Part shown: positions 1-8,067 of the stretch, one piece after another
How positions within the stretch are numbered: the first letter of the stretch is position 1
How the letters are laid out: every line of letters begins with the position of its first letter
Source of the DNA: an uncultured Alphaproteobacteria bacterium
GTDB lineage: Bacteria > Pseudomonadota > Alphaproteobacteria > UBA6615
Length of the DNA: 64,000 nt
Reading direction: 5' to 3'
Assembly: GCA_943787745.1 (NCBI GenBank)
Contig: CALSNJ010000005.1
Span: 108,455-172,454 of the forward strand
Made by a program: the position numbers and the translations under genes
The notes under the pieces: model-generated
The model's database searches: none
What the model saw: the letters and a program-made list of their open reading frames with translations, nothing else
What the model was told of the DNA's origin: nothing

Positions 1-701
1 GCGCTGCGGCGCACGGCGAAGCTCCGGATGCCTCCCTGACGGATATCACATTTCTACCAACGATCCCGGACCCCACCCATGTGTTCTGTGCGGGCAAGAA
101 CTACAAGGATCATGTGGAAGAGATGGGCTTCGATATGCCCGAAAATCTCTCGCTGTTCCTCAAGGCCAACAGCACGCTGTTCGGTCATCGGGGGCAGATG
201 ATCCGCCCCAAGGTGTCTGAATGCCTCGATTTTGAAGGTGAGCTTTGCGCGGTGATTGGCAAGGAAACCCGCCATGTGTCGGAGGCCGAAGCGCTGGACC
301 ATGTCGCGGGTTACACGATCATGGTCGACGGCAGTGTGCGCGACTTCCAGAAACACTCCGTCACGGCAGGTAAGAATTTTGTCGCAACAGGCCCGCTGGG
401 TCCGGTGATGACCACGGCGGATGAAATCCCTGATCCCTCGCAGCTGCATATCACCACGCGCCTGAATGGCGATGTGGTGCAGGATGCGGGTGTCGATCTT
501 CTGATTTTCGACATCCCCTACATCATTTCCTATCTGTCGAAGGTGACGACCTTGCAGCCCGGTGACATCGTGGCGACCGGCTCCCCGGAAGGGTCGGGTG
601 CGGGGCGCACGCCGCAGCTCTGGATGAAGGGCGGCGACAAGCTGAGCGTTGAGATTTCAAAGATTGGTACATTGTCCGTCGAGGTTATCGACGAGACCTG
701 A
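1..701 (+). CDS. Fumarylacetoacetate hydrolase (FAH) family protein, 5'-truncated by window edge
   Basis: The frame stays open from nt 3, upstream of the listed ORF 81..701. Translation ...HVFCAGKNYKDHVEEMGFD...GPLGPVMTT...LQPGDIVATGSPEGSG is typical of the FAH fold. It is followed 13 nt downstream by the next gene. Confidence 0.75.
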   Translation, partial: AAAHGEAPDASLTDITFLPTIPDPTHVFCAGKNYKDHVEEMGFDMPENLSLFLKANSTLFGHRGQMIRPKVSECLDFEGELCAVIGKETRHVSEAEALDHVAGYTIMVDGSVRDFQKHSVTAGKNFVATGPLGPVMTTADEIPDPSQLHITTRLNGDVVQDAGVDLLIFDIPYIISYLSKVTTLQPGDIVATGSPEGSGAGRTPQLWMKGGDKLSVEISKIGTLSVEVIDET

Positions 702-713
702 GGAGAACGAGAC

Positions 714-1616
714 ATGACGATCAAGCGGGTTGAGAAGCTGATCTATGGCATTGAGGATATGGATGCCGGCACGCGGTATTACCGGGATTGGGGTGTGGAG
801 GAGCTTGAGAGCAGTTCTGATCATGCTGTATTCCGCACGCGGGTGAACCAGACCATCGAGTTGCGGCCTTCGGACGATCCCTCGCTACCGCCAACCCCGG
901 ATCCCGCGAAATCAACCTTGCGGGCGGCTGTCTGGGGTGTCGAAACCGCGGCGGGCCTTCAGGATCTCGGGGAATCTGTCGGCCGCGATCGTGATGTGCG
1001 TGAAGACAATGGAACGCTGTGGTTTGCGGATGAAAGCGGCAACACGCTTGGCCTGACCGTTGCGCAGCCAACACAAACTGAAGTGGACATGATCCCGGTG
1101 AACGTGAACACCACCGAGCCGCGGATGAACGACTTCATCGAGCCGAAAACCCAGGCCAATCCGATCCGGATTGGCCATGTGGTCTACGCCATTGAGATGG
1201 CTGATCGTGAGAAGGCCGTGTCGTTCTATCTGGACCGCCTTCGCTTTCGCATGTCGGACAGCACCAAGACCGGCGGTGATTTCATGCGCTGTGCGGGTGG
1301 CCATGACCATCACAATCTGTTTCTGATCAGCCGCGCCAACCGCAACGCCTTCGATCACGCGTCCTTCGAGGTCGAGAATTTCGACATGGTGATGATGGGT
1401 GGAAAGTTCATGAAGGATGCCGGCTGGGAAGCCGACACCGCACCGGGCCGGCACATCCTTGGCTCCAACTATTACTGGTATTTCCGCAACCCGTGCGGCG
1501 GCAACACCGAATATTTCGCCGATATGGACCGCATGGACGACAACTGGGAGCCCCGCATCTGGGAAGAAAGCCCGGGTTTCTCGATCTGGTCCCTCGACGA
1601 CGCCTCGATGGCGTAG
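714..1616 (+). CDS. VOC family protein (two-domain glyoxalase/extradiol-dioxygenase-like)
   Basis: 300 aa ORF. AGGAGA RBS 8 nt upstream of the ATG. Two repeated beta-alpha-beta-beta-beta-like halves with His/Glu-rich patches (HVVYAIEM, HDHHNLFL). Probable operon with the upstream FAH gene. Confidence 0.6.
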   Translation: MTIKRVEKLIYGIEDMDAGTRYYRDWGVEELESSSDHAVFRTRVNQTIELRPSDDPSLPPTPDPAKSTLRAAVWGVETAAGLQDLGESVGRDRDVREDNGTLWFADESGNTLGLTVAQPTQTEVDMIPVNVNTTEPRMNDFIEPKTQANPIRIGHVVYAIEMADREKAVSFYLDRLRFRMSDSTKTGGDFMRCAGGHDHHNLFLISRANRNAFDHASFEVENFDMVMMGGKFMKDAGWEADTAPGRHILGSNYYWYFRNPCGGNTEYFADMDRMDDNWEPRIWEESPGFSIWSLDDASMA

Positions 1617-1636
1617 CAGTTTCGAAATCGTCGTAG

Positions 1637-1704
1637 GAGATGCCCGGGTCATGCCCGGGCATGACGAATTAAGCCGTCATACGCGGACTTGATCCGCGTA
1701 TCTC
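1637..1704. repeat. REP-like paired hairpin element (family R1), inverted unit order
   Basis: GAGATGCCCGGGTCATGCCCGGGCATGACG ...CGTCATACGCGGACTTGATCCGCGTATCTC. These are the same ~30-nt units as at 7868, 9580, 12976, 18001 and 48965. Here the reverse-orientation unit comes first. Confidence 0.7.
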
Positions 1705-1717
1705 ATGCCTGCTGCCT

Positions 1718-2854
1718 CTAGTCCGAATTCAGCACCGCCAGCATGGCGTCGAGATGGGCGGCGCCGAAGGCTTTGGTGCGTGCGGGGGACCACCCAAAGG
1801 TCGCGTCGGGGTGGTCGGCGTTGTCCTTGAACGGCATCTCGAGGGTCAGCGCCAGACAGCCAAATTCTTCGGCCACCCAGTTTGAGCAAAGCGTCATGTT
1901 GCCTTTGCCCGGTTTGGCGTCCGGATAGCCGTATTTCGTCTGAAAATCAGGGCTGGCGGCCAGCAGGGCGTCGGAGAAGATCTGCTGATGGGTCTTCTGG
2001 CGATCACTGAGCGAGGGAATGCCCATCATGCCCGCGAGGAAGTTATAGGGCAGGGCTTCATCGCCGTGCACATCCAGGCAGAAATCAGCGCCGGTCGCTT
2101 GCATGCGTTCGCGCACGAGGAAGACCTCCGGGCTGCGGTCCATGGCGGGCTCGGACCATTCCCGGTTGAGGTTGGCACCACTGGCATTGGTGCGCAGATG
2201 GCCGCGGCGCGAGCCGTCCGGGTTCATGTTTGGCACAATGATGGAAGACGACCCGCTCCCGCAGGGCCTGCGCGGTGCGATCTGCCGGGTCGAGCAGGCG
2301 GGCGAGAAAGCCCTTCCATCCACCACTCGGCCATGCTCTCGCCGGGATGCTGGCGGGCAATCGCCCAGTAAGTTCTGCTTGTCCGCGGCGGGTTCGCCGA
2401 TGCGCAGCAGGTCCATGGGCTGGCCGTCGAGGGTTTCACCCAGCACGTCGAGGGAAACACCGTCAGCCAGTTGGGATCGTGCAATCAGGTCGGCGTGGCG
2501 CTCCATGGAATAGGGGGCGAAATAGGCAAACCATGTGCTGTCGGCCGAGGGTGTGTGGCGGATGCTGAGAATGCCGTTCTCATAGGTGGTGGGCACACGC
2601 ACCCAGTTTTCACGGTCCGTTGACGCCACGGCCTGATACCCCTCCCAGCCTTTGGGATAAGCCGCGCCCTTGGCGTTGGTGATGTTCAGCGTGCAGGGCG
2701 TGTCCTTCGCGCCGGTCAGGCGGAAATGGAACCACATATAGAAGTCGGAATTGTTGTCCTTGCTGATCTCCAGCCGGATGTTGGATGGATCATCGGCGCT
2801 GGCACAGACGATATTGCCGCTGTCGAAATTGCTGCTGATGTGAAGGGGCATCAA
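1718..2854 (-). pseudogene. M14 zinc carboxypeptidase family gene disrupted by three +1 frameshifts (or three indel errors)
   Basis: The listed 378-aa ORF (frame A) reads as low-complexity nonsense at residues ~158-205. The M14 zinc-binding HxxE motif TYWAIARQHPGESMAEWWMEG is encoded at 2307..2373 in frame A+1 (ORF 2224..2484). The next segment GFLARLLDPADRTAQALRERVVFH is at 2246..2321 in frame A+2 (ORF 2085..2360). Frame A then resumes with IIVPNMNPDGS. Confidence 0.6.
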
Positions 2855-2872
2855 AAATCCTCGTAAATCCCG

Positions 2873-3922
2873 CTAGGGAATGATCCTGTCGTCGCGCAGC
2901 TTCTGGAGCTGGCGGGTGATTGTATTCTGGGTGTCCCACAGATCGGTCCAGCCGGTGCTGACGATCTTTGTCAGGCTGGACACCTGATCCATGTCGTTGG
3001 TGAGCGCCATGTCGAGATAGGCCCAGTTGACGATCTCGTGCAGTTTATAGGGTTTGAGCCCGTGTTCGCTGACCATCCGGTCCCAGAGCGCACCCTTGTC
3101 AGACATCGCGTCCGAGATTTTCACCGGCGCAGGGTCACCGGCTTCCATGTCGAAGAAGTCCGCGATCCGGGGCCAGACATGCGCCCAGCGGAACAGATCG
3201 CCATTGGTGATATTGAAGGCGTTGTTGGCCGCTGCCGGGGTGGTCGCGGTCCAGGCCATGGCGCGGGCCAGCAAATCCACATCGATCATCTGGTAAAGCC
3301 GCCCATAGAAGCCCGGATGGCCCGGCCAGTTGAGCGGGCCCCCTTCGGCTTTGGCGATGGCGGCGTAGCACGCGATCCCGGTCAGCAGGTTCATGGCGCT
3401 GCCCACCGAGAAGCCCCAGACCCCGTGGGGGCGAAGGGTCGACCAGCTCCAGTCCTTGCCGGCCTGACGCGCTTCCAGCCAGTCCTGTTGGGCGTGATAG
3501 AAATGTGCAACGGGCGGGCGCGGGTCATCTTCACGCGCGGGTGTCCGGTACTTCCCCAGAAATGTCCCGTACCATTTGGCCCCATGCATCAGCTGCACGT
3601 GTTGGAGCTCGGCCACGGGCTCCACGGCATCAAGCAGATTGGCCAGCATGCCCACATTCAGCGGGATCTCCGCCGCGATATCCGGGTTCGGGGCGTAAGC
3701 GGTGAAGAAGATATGGGTGACGTCGGTCAGCCCGGCGAGAGTCCGGGCAGTCGCCTCCCGGTCCTGCAGGTCGACCGCGATGAATTTTGCGGTTGTGTCA
3801 AAGTCCGGTGCACGCCGGGACAGGCCGATGACGGTCCAGTCCGGATCGCTCTCCAGATGCTGGACCAGCGCACGACCGGTCACACCGAGCGCACCGGCAA
3901 TCAGGGCACATTTGCGAGACAT
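2873..3922 (-). CDS. SDR-family NAD(P)-dependent epimerase/dehydratase-like oxidoreductase (progesterone-5beta-reductase/PRISE-like)
   Basis: Start taken at internal ATG (MSRKCALIAGALGVTGRALVQHL: Rossmann GxxGxxG). 349 aa. WSWSTLRP and YAPNP motifs resemble the bacterial PRISE-like SDRs. Confidence 0.55.
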   Translation of the reverse strand: MSRKCALIAGALGVTGRALVQHLESDPDWTVIGLSRRAPDFDTTAKFIAVDLQDREATARTLAGLTDVTHIFFTAYAPNPDIAAEIPLNVGMLANLLDAVEPVAELQHVQLMHGAKWYGTFLGKYRTPAREDDPRPPVAHFYHAQQDWLEARQAGKDWSWSTLRPHGVWGFSVGSAMNLLTGIACYAAIAKAEGGPLNWPGHPGFYGRLYQMIDVDLLARAMAWTATTPAAANNAFNITNGDLFRWAHVWPRIADFFDMEAGDPAPVKISDAMSDKGALWDRMVSEHGLKPYKLHEIVNWAYLDMALTNDMDQVSSLTKIVSTGWTDLWDTQNTITRQLQKLRDDRIIP

Positions 3923-4065
3923 GGGGTTGGGAGCCTTCCTGAAACAAGAACCCACAGACTAACGTCAATCGCACGTCAGGTCCGCAGGAGAATGCCGTAT
4001 TTGGATATTTACATGATATATCAGATATGTTTTAGTTATATGGAACATTCGAAAAGGTGGCATTT

Positions 4066-4725
4066 ATGGGCAGAAATCCGGGAATCAGTCTCACCGAACA
4101 GGCCTATGGGCGAATCGAAGAGTTGATCGTAACCCTGCAAATTCCGCCGGGGCAGGCGATCTCCGAGAGTGAGCTTTGCGAGTTGTCGGGCTTTGGGCGC
4201 ACGCCCGTCCGCGAAGCGATCCAGCGGCTGTCCCAGCAGCACCTGATCAATATCCTGCCGCGCCGGGGCATGATCGTCACCGACATCAATGTGGAAACCC
4301 AGCTCTCTTTGCTGGAGCTGCGCCGCGAACTCGAACGCATGATGGTGCGCGCCGCCGCCCGCCGCCGGACATCCGAAGAACAGTTCCAGTTCGGCGAAAT
4401 GGCCAGCGCCATGGAGCGGGCCGCCGAAGCCGATGATGAAGAGGCCTTTCTGGCGCTCGACAAGGCCTTCAATGAACTTGTCGGGCAGGCCTGTCGCAAT
4501 CCCTTTGCCGAAAGTGCCATGGAACAGTGGAATCCGCTGTCGCGGCGCTTCTGGTTCCAGCATCACCGGCAGGTGGGGGATTTGCCCCGGATGGCCGCGC
4601 TCCACGCCGATATTGCCTGGGCGATCGGGGCGGGTGATCCCGACGAGGCTGGCCGCGCGTCCGACGTGCTGCTGAGCTACCTCACGAACTTCACGCGCGC
4701 TGCACTCGATGCGGGCCGCGACTAA
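4066..4725 (+). CDS. GntR family transcriptional regulator (FadR/FCD subfamily)
   Basis: N-terminal wHTH ISESELCELSGFGRTPVREAIQRLSQQHLI, then an all-helical C-terminal FCD-like domain. AAGGTGG RBS 7 nt before the ATG at 4066. Confidence 0.8.
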   Translation: MGRNPGISLTEQAYGRIEELIVTLQIPPGQAISESELCELSGFGRTPVREAIQRLSQQHLINILPRRGMIVTDINVETQLSLLELRRELERMMVRAAARRRTSEEQFQFGEMASAMERAAEADDEEAFLALDKAFNELVGQACRNPFAESAMEQWNPLSRRFWFQHHRQVGDLPRMAALHADIAWAIGAGDPDEAGRASDVLLSYLTNFTRAALDAGRD

Positions 4726-4782
4726 ACCAACAGAACATACAAAACAGATGGCGCCCGTGCGGTGCCGGGAAGAACGGAGTGG

Positions 4783-6393
4783 ATGATGGCTGACAAGACA
4801 TTGAAGTATTGGGGCTGGGGCTATGCCGAAGACGGCCTGAGCGCGGCGGATACCAAATCCCTGCTGGCGACGTTTGCCGACGGCTTCGGGATCAACCCAT
4901 CCCGGGACCGCGCCTTTCCGACCATGGATGCGATCACCCTGCCGACCCCCAAAGTCGAGGCCCCGGCGAACCTCGCGAAGATCAGCACCACCGACAAGCA
5001 CGACCGGGTGGTCCATTCCTTCGGCCAGTCCCAGCCGGACTCGCTCCGCATCTACAACAGCGACTTCGACCATGTGGTCGATGTGGTCGCCTATCCCGAG
5101 AGCAACGAAGATATCGCGGCCATTTATGACTGGGCGGGCGATGCCAACGCCGCTGTCATTCCCTTTGGCGGTGGTTCTTCGGTCGTGGGCGGCGTCACCA
5201 GTGATGTGGGCAGCAAGTACAACGGCACGATCTCGGTCGATATGACCCGCATGAACAAGGTGCTCGAGGTCGATGCGGTTTCCCGTGCGGCCCGCATTCA
5301 GGGCGGTGCCCGTGGGCCCGAGCTCGAGGCCCAGCTCAAGCCCCATGGTCTGACCCTGCGCCATTTCCCCCAAAGCTTTGAGCATTCCACCTTCGGCGGC
5401 TGGATCGCCACGCGGTCCGGTGGTCATTTCGCCACGCTTTACACCCATATCGATGATCTGGTGGAAAGCACCACCACGGTCACCCCGGTCGGCGATATCG
5501 TGTCCCGCCGCCTGCCGGGTTCGGGCGCCGGCCCCAGCCCCGACCGCTTCATCGCCATGGGCAGCGAAGGATCACTGGGCATCATCACCGAAGGCTGGGC
5601 GCGCCTGCAGGGCCGCCCGACCTTCAAGGCTACGGCGGGTTTCCGGTTTGCCGATTTCTTCGATGCCGCCCGCGCCGTGCGCGCGGTCTCGCAAGCCGGG
5701 CTCTACCCGGCCAATGTGCGCATCGTCGACGGCACCGAGCTGAAGGTGAACGGTGCGGGCGACGGCTCCTTCACCCTGATGGTGGTCTCGTTTGAGAGTG
5801 CCGATCACCCGGTCGAGCCATGGATGGCGCGGGCCGAGGAATGCTGCCTGGACGCCGGCGGCGTGGTCGATGTCGACTGGCGCGACAACCCCCAAGCCCA
5901 TCTGCAGGGCGCGGTCGGTGCCTGGCGCACCGCCTTCATCCGCATGCCTTACAACCGGGAGCAGCTGACCCCGCGCGGCATCATCTCCGACACCTTTGAG
6001 ACGGCAACCACCTGGGACGCGTTCGAGACTTTCTACCACGCCATCAAGGACGCCACCCAAACCGCGATCCGCGACGTAACCGGCCATGACGGCGCGGTCT
6101 CCTGCCGCTTCTCCCACGCCTACCCGGATGGCCCCGCGCCCTATTTCGCCTTCCACGCGCCCGGCAATGCGGATGGCAAGGCCATGCTCGAACAATGGCA
6201 GGAAATCAAAACCCGCTGCTCAGACGCGCTGATCGCCAATGGCGGCACCATCACCCATCACCACGCCGTCGGCCGCGACCACCAGAAATGGTACGAGCAG
6301 CAGCGCCCGGCGCTGTTCGGGGATATCCTGAGCGATGCGAAGAAGCGGCTGGACCCCAAGGGTGTGCTCAATCCCGGGGTGATTGTGGGGTAG
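4783..6393 (+). CDS. FAD-binding oxidoreductase (FAD-linked oxidase, PCMH-type; alkyl-DHAP-synthase-like)
   Basis: VIPFGGGSSVVGGV FAD-binding PCMH motif, ~540 aa. The start is ambiguous (GTG 4762, ATG 4783/4786). Confidence 0.75.
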   Translation: MMADKTLKYWGWGYAEDGLSAADTKSLLATFADGFGINPSRDRAFPTMDAITLPTPKVEAPANLAKISTTDKHDRVVHSFGQSQPDSLRIYNSDFDHVVDVVAYPESNEDIAAIYDWAGDANAAVIPFGGGSSVVGGVTSDVGSKYNGTISVDMTRMNKVLEVDAVSRAARIQGGARGPELEAQLKPHGLTLRHFPQSFEHSTFGGWIATRSGGHFATLYTHIDDLVESTTTVTPVGDIVSRRLPGSGAGPSPDRFIAMGSEGSLGIITEGWARLQGRPTFKATAGFRFADFFDAARAVRAVSQAGLYPANVRIVDGTELKVNGAGDGSFTLMVVSFESADHPVEPWMARAEECCLDAGGVVDVDWRDNPQAHLQGAVGAWRTAFIRMPYNREQLTPRGIISDTFETATTWDAFETFYHAIKDATQTAIRDVTGHDGAVSCRFSHAYPDGPAPYFAFHAPGNADGKAMLEQWQEIKTRCSDALIANGGTITHHHAVGRDHQKWYEQQRPALFGDILSDAKKRLDPKGVLNPGVIVG

Positions 6394-6416
6394 GGGAGCT
6401 CTGCGTAAATTGGGCA

Positions 6417-6440
6417 CCGGGCGGGTTTGAAACCCGCCCC
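6417..6440. repeat. GGGCGGGTTTGAAACCCGCCCC hairpin (family R3) immediately after the stop codon
   Basis: Perfect 8-bp stem GCGGGTTT/AAACCCGC. Same motif as at 10663, 20916 and 39845. No T-run follows. Confidence 0.5.
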
Positions 6441-6496
6441 GACGGCTTTATGTTCGTTTCCAACAAGAACGTCATTCTTTGCTCTGGAAACGCCCC

Positions 6497-7822
6497 ATGC
6501 CCAAACCCATCCATCTGAACCTCTTCATCCAGTCCCGCGGTCATCATGAGACGGCCTGGGACCACCCGGGGGCCGATCCGCGCTCGCTGATGGACATTTC
6601 CTACTATGTCGATCTGGCGCAGCAGGCCGAGGCGGCGCGGTTTGATTCGATCTTCTTTGCCGATGTTCTGATGATGACCAATGACGCCATGGAATCCGGC
6701 CGCTTCTGGCCCGACCCGGTGATCATGCTGGCTGCGCTGGCGATGAAGACCGAACATATCGGCCTGATCGCGACGGGCTCTTGCACCTATTCCGAGCCCT
6801 ACAATCTGGCCCGCCAGTTCGCCTCCATCGACCATCTCTCCAACGGGCGCGCGGGCTGGAACATCGTCACCACCTGGGTCGAGGCGGTCGCGGCCAATTA
6901 CGGGCGCGAACACACCGCCCATGGGGACCGCTACGAGATGGGCGAGGAGTTCGTCGCCTCGGTGAAGGATCTGTGGGACAGCTGGGCCGATGATGCGCTG
7001 GTTGATGACCGCTCGGGTGGCGGGGTCTGTGGCAATCTCGACCGCATCACGCCGATCGATTTCAAGGGTGAGTATTATCAGGTCAAGGGGCCGTTGAATG
7101 TGCCGCGTTCACCCCAGGGCCGCCCGGTGCTGGTGCAGGCCGGGGCATCCGACCGCGGACGGGACTTTGCTGCGCTCCACGCCGAGGCGATCTTCACCGC
7201 CCATCTGGAGAAGGAAACCGCCCAGGAATTCTACAAAGACATCAAGAAGCGCGCGGCAGATTTCGGGCGCAACGCCGATCAGGTCGTCGTGCTGCCCGGG
7301 CTCAACCCGGTGATCGGCGGCACCGAGGAAGAAGCCAAGGCGAACCTGCTGGAGCTGAATTCACGGATGGACCCGGAGGTTGGCCGCCGCACCCTGTCCC
7401 AGCGCTTTGCCGGCCATGATTTCTCCCATATCGATCTCGACCAGCCGCTCAAGGTTTCGGACTTCCCCGACCCCGAAAAGCTGGAAACCATGAAAAGCCG
7501 CGCCGCGCTGATCGTGCGGATCGTCGGCAATGAAGGCCTCACCCTGCGTGAGCTGCTCGCGCGGTTTGCGGGTGGGCGCGGTCACTACACCACGGCGGGT
7601 ACGCCGGAACAGATCGCCGATCTGATCGAGGACTGGTGCACCGATGGCGCGGCGGATGGCTTCAACTACATGCCGCCGGTAATCCCCGCTTTGATGACCC
7701 CCTTCATTGACGAGGTGATCCCGCTGCTCCAGAAGCGCGGGCTTTTCCGTACCGAATATGAAGGCGCGACCCTGCGCGAAAATCTCGGCCTCGACCGCCC
7801 GAAAAGCCGGTTTTTCGATTAG
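6497..7822 (+). CDS. LLM class flavin-dependent monooxygenase, NtaA/SnaA/SoxA/DszA family
   Basis: MPKPIHLNLFIQSRGHHETAWDHP...DSIFFADVLM...NIVTTW is characteristic of nitrilotriacetate-monooxygenase-component-A-like LLM enzymes. 441 aa. Confidence 0.8.
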   Translation: MPKPIHLNLFIQSRGHHETAWDHPGADPRSLMDISYYVDLAQQAEAARFDSIFFADVLMMTNDAMESGRFWPDPVIMLAALAMKTEHIGLIATGSCTYSEPYNLARQFASIDHLSNGRAGWNIVTTWVEAVAANYGREHTAHGDRYEMGEEFVASVKDLWDSWADDALVDDRSGGGVCGNLDRITPIDFKGEYYQVKGPLNVPRSPQGRPVLVQAGASDRGRDFAALHAEAIFTAHLEKETAQEFYKDIKKRAADFGRNADQVVVLPGLNPVIGGTEEEAKANLLELNSRMDPEVGRRTLSQRFAGHDFSHIDLDQPLKVSDFPDPEKLETMKSRAALIVRIVGNEGLTLRELLARFAGGRGHYTTAGTPEQIADLIEDWCTDGAADGFNYMPPVIPALMTPFIDEVIPLLQKRGLFRTEYEGATLRENLGLDRPKSRFFD

Positions 7823-7830
7823 GGAAATAA

Positions 7831-7856
7831 CCCTCTCCTCCCAGGATGAGAGGGGG
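7831..7856. repeat. CCCTCTCCTCCCAGGATGAGAGGGGG hairpin (family R4) directly after the stop codon
   Basis: Inverted repeat CCCTCTCCTC/GAGAGGGGG. Near-identical hairpin at 11927..11953. Confidence 0.55.
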
Positions 7857-7867
7857 ATCTTTAATTT

Positions 7868-7970
7868 CGTCATGCCCGGACCTGATCCGGGTATCCACGT
7901 CTCTCAACCACTCGGTGGTCGGGCGTGACACGCTGACGCGGATGGCCGGATCAAGTCCGGCCATGACGGC
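7868..7970. repeat. REP-like paired hairpin element (family R1)
   Basis: CGTCATGCCCGGACCTGATCCGGGTATCCACG ...spacer... CGCGGATGGCCGGATCAAGTCCGGCCATGACGG. Two convergent ~32-nt stem-loop units. Confidence 0.7.
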
Positions 7971-8067
7971 GGAGGTGGGCGAGATAAGGCGGCGGAATTG
8001 TCCGTGCCGCCGCGCCGTCCTATGCTCGTGTTCAACCAGCACGAAGATTTAAACCGGGGACGGGACC

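Noticed and set aside
1718-2854. Treating the uninterrupted 378-aa ORF as an intact M14 peptidase CDS
   Set aside because: The zinc-binding HxxE motif and the following conserved segment are encoded in the other two frames. The single-frame translation replaces them with nonsense. Called a pseudogene/indel-affected gene instead.
3038-4126. 362-aa plus-strand ORF, and similar long ORFs at 4036..5448(-), 8086..9585(-), 15175..16182(-), 16110..17306(-), 18835..20301(-), 21673..22632(+), 23121..23918(-), 24135..25028(+), 27485..28648(-), 28503..29798(-), 34460..35542(-), 46055..47107(+), 51264..52676(-), 58573..59688(-)
   Set aside because: Each lies antisense to a gene with clear family-level motifs, and its translation is Arg/Pro/Gly-rich low-complexity. 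Such long open antisense frames are expected in ~63% GC DNA. None shows a recognisable domain or an RBS.
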